Source of the DNA: Candidatus Babelota bacterium
GTDB taxonomy: Bacteria; Babelota; Babeliae; Babelales; Vermiphilaceae
DNA length: 64,000 bases
NCBI GenBank assembly: GCA_040878395.1
Contig: JBBDMI010000006.1
Location: 67,145-131,144 of the forward strand
Reading direction: 5' to 3'
Part shown: positions 62,617 through 64,000 of the stretch, in pieces
Layout: the number at the start of each line of letters is the position of its first letter
How positions within the stretch are numbered: position 1 is the first letter of the stretch
Program-made: the position numbers and the translations under genes
The notes under the pieces: model-generated
Databases searched by the model: none
What the model saw: only the letters and a program-made list of their open reading frames with translations
Told to the model about the DNA's origin: nothing

Positions 62617-64000
62617 TTACATCACTACTTTACTTGCCCAACGCTTCGCTTTTACATCAAACATTGTAATCATTGCTTTAGTTGCAATATCTGCAAACTG
62701 CACTGTAACATCTTCTAAATTTGGATTAAAGGCGAAGAAGGTTGTAGTTCCTCCTTTTGTAAATGCGGCAGTATACACTAATGCATCTGTGTTTGGTGTT
62801 GCATGACCATACACCGTCCAATCTGGTGTGCCAAAATGATCAATAATATGCATAAAATGCAACACTTCGTTAATCGATTGTGCCGGATCAGCAAACGCAC
62901 CACCTTGCGAACCCCACGGAGGTGTCGGGCCGAACATAGTGAAAACATCAAGCATAAATTGATATGGTGTTGGTGCAGTAGCACTTAAATCAGTTTGTCC
63001 AAATGCGATACTGTTGTCACCCAACATTCTGAGCATATTCATATTGGAATCGAAATTGATCTGCCAACAAGCATTAGTCGTGGTGATGCCGGCAGGAATA
63101 GTATCGACAAAAGCAGTTGTATCCATTGATGCATTCCACGCATGCAGATATTCTTTGTTTCTTCCATAAACTAACGTCCACGCTGAACATGGAAATGCAT
63201 TAATCACTTTTACATTTTCAGGCGTTTGTCCAAAATCAGAACTATAATTAATCACCGCTTGTGCAATTTTTGGCGTTCCACTACTTGTCGGTTCACCTGC
63301 TGCTGTACTGTGAATAGTGGTATCAATAAATGCAGTTCCTGCTGCATAGGTTGCATCACCGGTTTTAGTTGTCACAGGCACAAACGAAACGGTTGGCGCT
63401 TGCCCTTTTTTAAGATTTAAATTTTTGTCAAAGAAATAACTATCCATCGCATAAGAGTTTGTTGCATATAGATAAATTCCCAAATCAACAATATCACGGC
63501 GCCCGGTTGTCATACCCCATAAAATGATTGAAGCATACGCTTGCAAAGCTTCTCCAATTGAATTTTCATTATGCCCTGAATTGCCACCGGCAATGGTTGC
63601 TTGAATACCATCAGCCCAACCATGACCGGCCCATTGATCAAAGAAATTCAGTTTTGCAAAACTCATGCTTGGATTTTTGAAAAAATTCAAATCGGTACCA
63701 TTATTTTTTTCATTATAACAAATATCCTGCACCAATTGATCAATCGCTTGACCAAATTTTGCAGCTTTCGCCCAACCGTTGCCATCATCCGGATTTGTTT
63801 TCCAAGCTCCGTCATATAAACCTGCAAGAGCCGCTGCTGCAATCCAATAACCAAACTGATAGTGATGATCATTAAATGCATTTGCTACACCAAACGATTC
63901 CCACACAATACCAATTGATTGACCAAGCATTTTTTCTTGACCGCCAACTTCACCAAAAATATTATGAATCGGCAATGTTTGTTTACGACTCGGCCAAGGA
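62617..64000 (-). CDS. GH81 endo-beta-1,3-glucanase, C-terminal part (N-terminus beyond window)
   Basis: NDHHYQFGYWIAAAALAGLYD (cf. GH81 NDHHFHYGY), FDQWAGHGWADG (cf. GHSWA.G), NENSIGEALQAYASIILWG (cf. ESxSEAVNAYY..LWG, two catalytic Glu). The frame stays open upstream of the TTG listed in the ORF track, through position 64000. Confidence 0.75.
   Translation of the reverse strand, partial: PWPSRKQTLPIHNIFGEVGGQEKMLGQSIGIVWESFGVANAFNDHHYQFGYWIAAAALAGLYDGAWKTNPDDGNGWAKAAKFGQAIDQLVQDICYNEKNNGTDLNFFKNPSMSFAKLNFFDQWAGHGWADGIQATIAGGNSGHNENSIGEALQAYASIILWGMTTGRRDIVDLGIYLYATNSYAMDSYFFDKNLNLKKGQAPTVSFVPVTTKTGDATYAAGTAFIDTTIHSTAAGEPTSSGTPKIAQAVINYSSDFGQTPENVKVINAFPCSAWTLVYGRNKEYLHAWNASMDTTAFVDTIPAGITTTNACWQINFDSNMNMLRMLGDNSIAFGQTDLSATAPTPYQFMLDVFTMFGPTPPWGSQGGAFADPAQSINEVLHFMHIIDHFGTPDWTVYGHATPNTDALVYTAAFTKGGTTTFFAFNPNLEDVTVQFADIATKAMITMFDVKAKRWASKVVM

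Noticed and set aside
1-64000. The possibility that the contig is eukaryotic or from a giant virus, given the GT6/GT32/GT47/UXS1-like/ankyrin content and type II-like anchors.
   Set aside because: Gene organisation is bacterial. The evidence is no introns, dense codirectional genes with ATGA/GTGA overlaps, AGGAG-type Shine-Dalgarno motifs at appropriate spacing, rho-independent hairpin terminators, a RelE/antitoxin module and beta-barrel OMP genes. Horizontal origin of individual genes remains open.

Overview
This is an AT-rich bacterial window (roughly one-third G+C by eye, not computed). Genes are dense, mostly on the minus strand, and often translationally coupled. The bacterial signals are AGGAG/AAGGA Shine-Dalgarno motifs, ATGA/GTGA stop-start overlaps and rho-independent hairpins.

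Positions ~100-54600 form one very large glycan biosynthesis and tailoring island. My motif-based family calls are:
- Glycosyltransferases: 7 paralogous GT2; 6 GT32 (Och1/Gb3-synthase-like DXD enzymes); 2 GT47 exostosin-like; 1 GT6 (ABO blood-group-like); 1 GT11-like fucosyltransferase candidate; a TPR-GT9 fusion; one polytopic GT-C transferase; a methyltransferase-GT2 fusion resembling polyprenyl-phosphate sugar synthases; several unclassified GT-A-like proteins.
- Tailoring enzymes: 5 sulfotransferase-like proteins; at least 10 methyltransferase-like proteins, including 3 FkbM and 2 DUF579/GXM-like.
- Nucleotide-sugar genes: UDP-xylose synthase, ManC, two Gmd, Fcl, a fused WecB-WecC, and a two-domain MDR/Gfo oxidoreductase.

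I recognise no Wzx, Wzy, Wzz, OPX or ABC exporter and no initiating phosphoglycosyltransferase.

The most striking observation is that about 49 CDS (counted by eye) begin with a Sec-type signal peptide or signal anchor. These include enzymes that need cytosolic nucleotide sugars, SAM or PAPS, and even ManC, one Gmd, Fcl and UXS. That is a Golgi-like type II architecture in a bacterial locus.

A palindromic MITE-like repeat family (TTTGTCAT + hairpin + CCAG) occurs at four intergenic sites.

The right end (54.6-64 kb) carries:
- signal-peptide ankyrin proteins, one a 5'-truncated fragment;
- a stand-alone ATP-dependent DNA ligase;
- a RelE/ParE toxin-antitoxin module plus an extra small antitoxin-like ORF absent from the ORF track;
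- a decayed outer-membrane-protein pseudogene;
- a cysteine-rich beta-barrel OMP;
- a partial GH81 beta-1,3-glucanase that runs off the window.

I saw no rRNA, tRNA, CRISPR array, transposase or integrase. The content fits a host-associated, possibly protist-associated or intracellular, bacterium. Taxonomy cannot be decided from this window.
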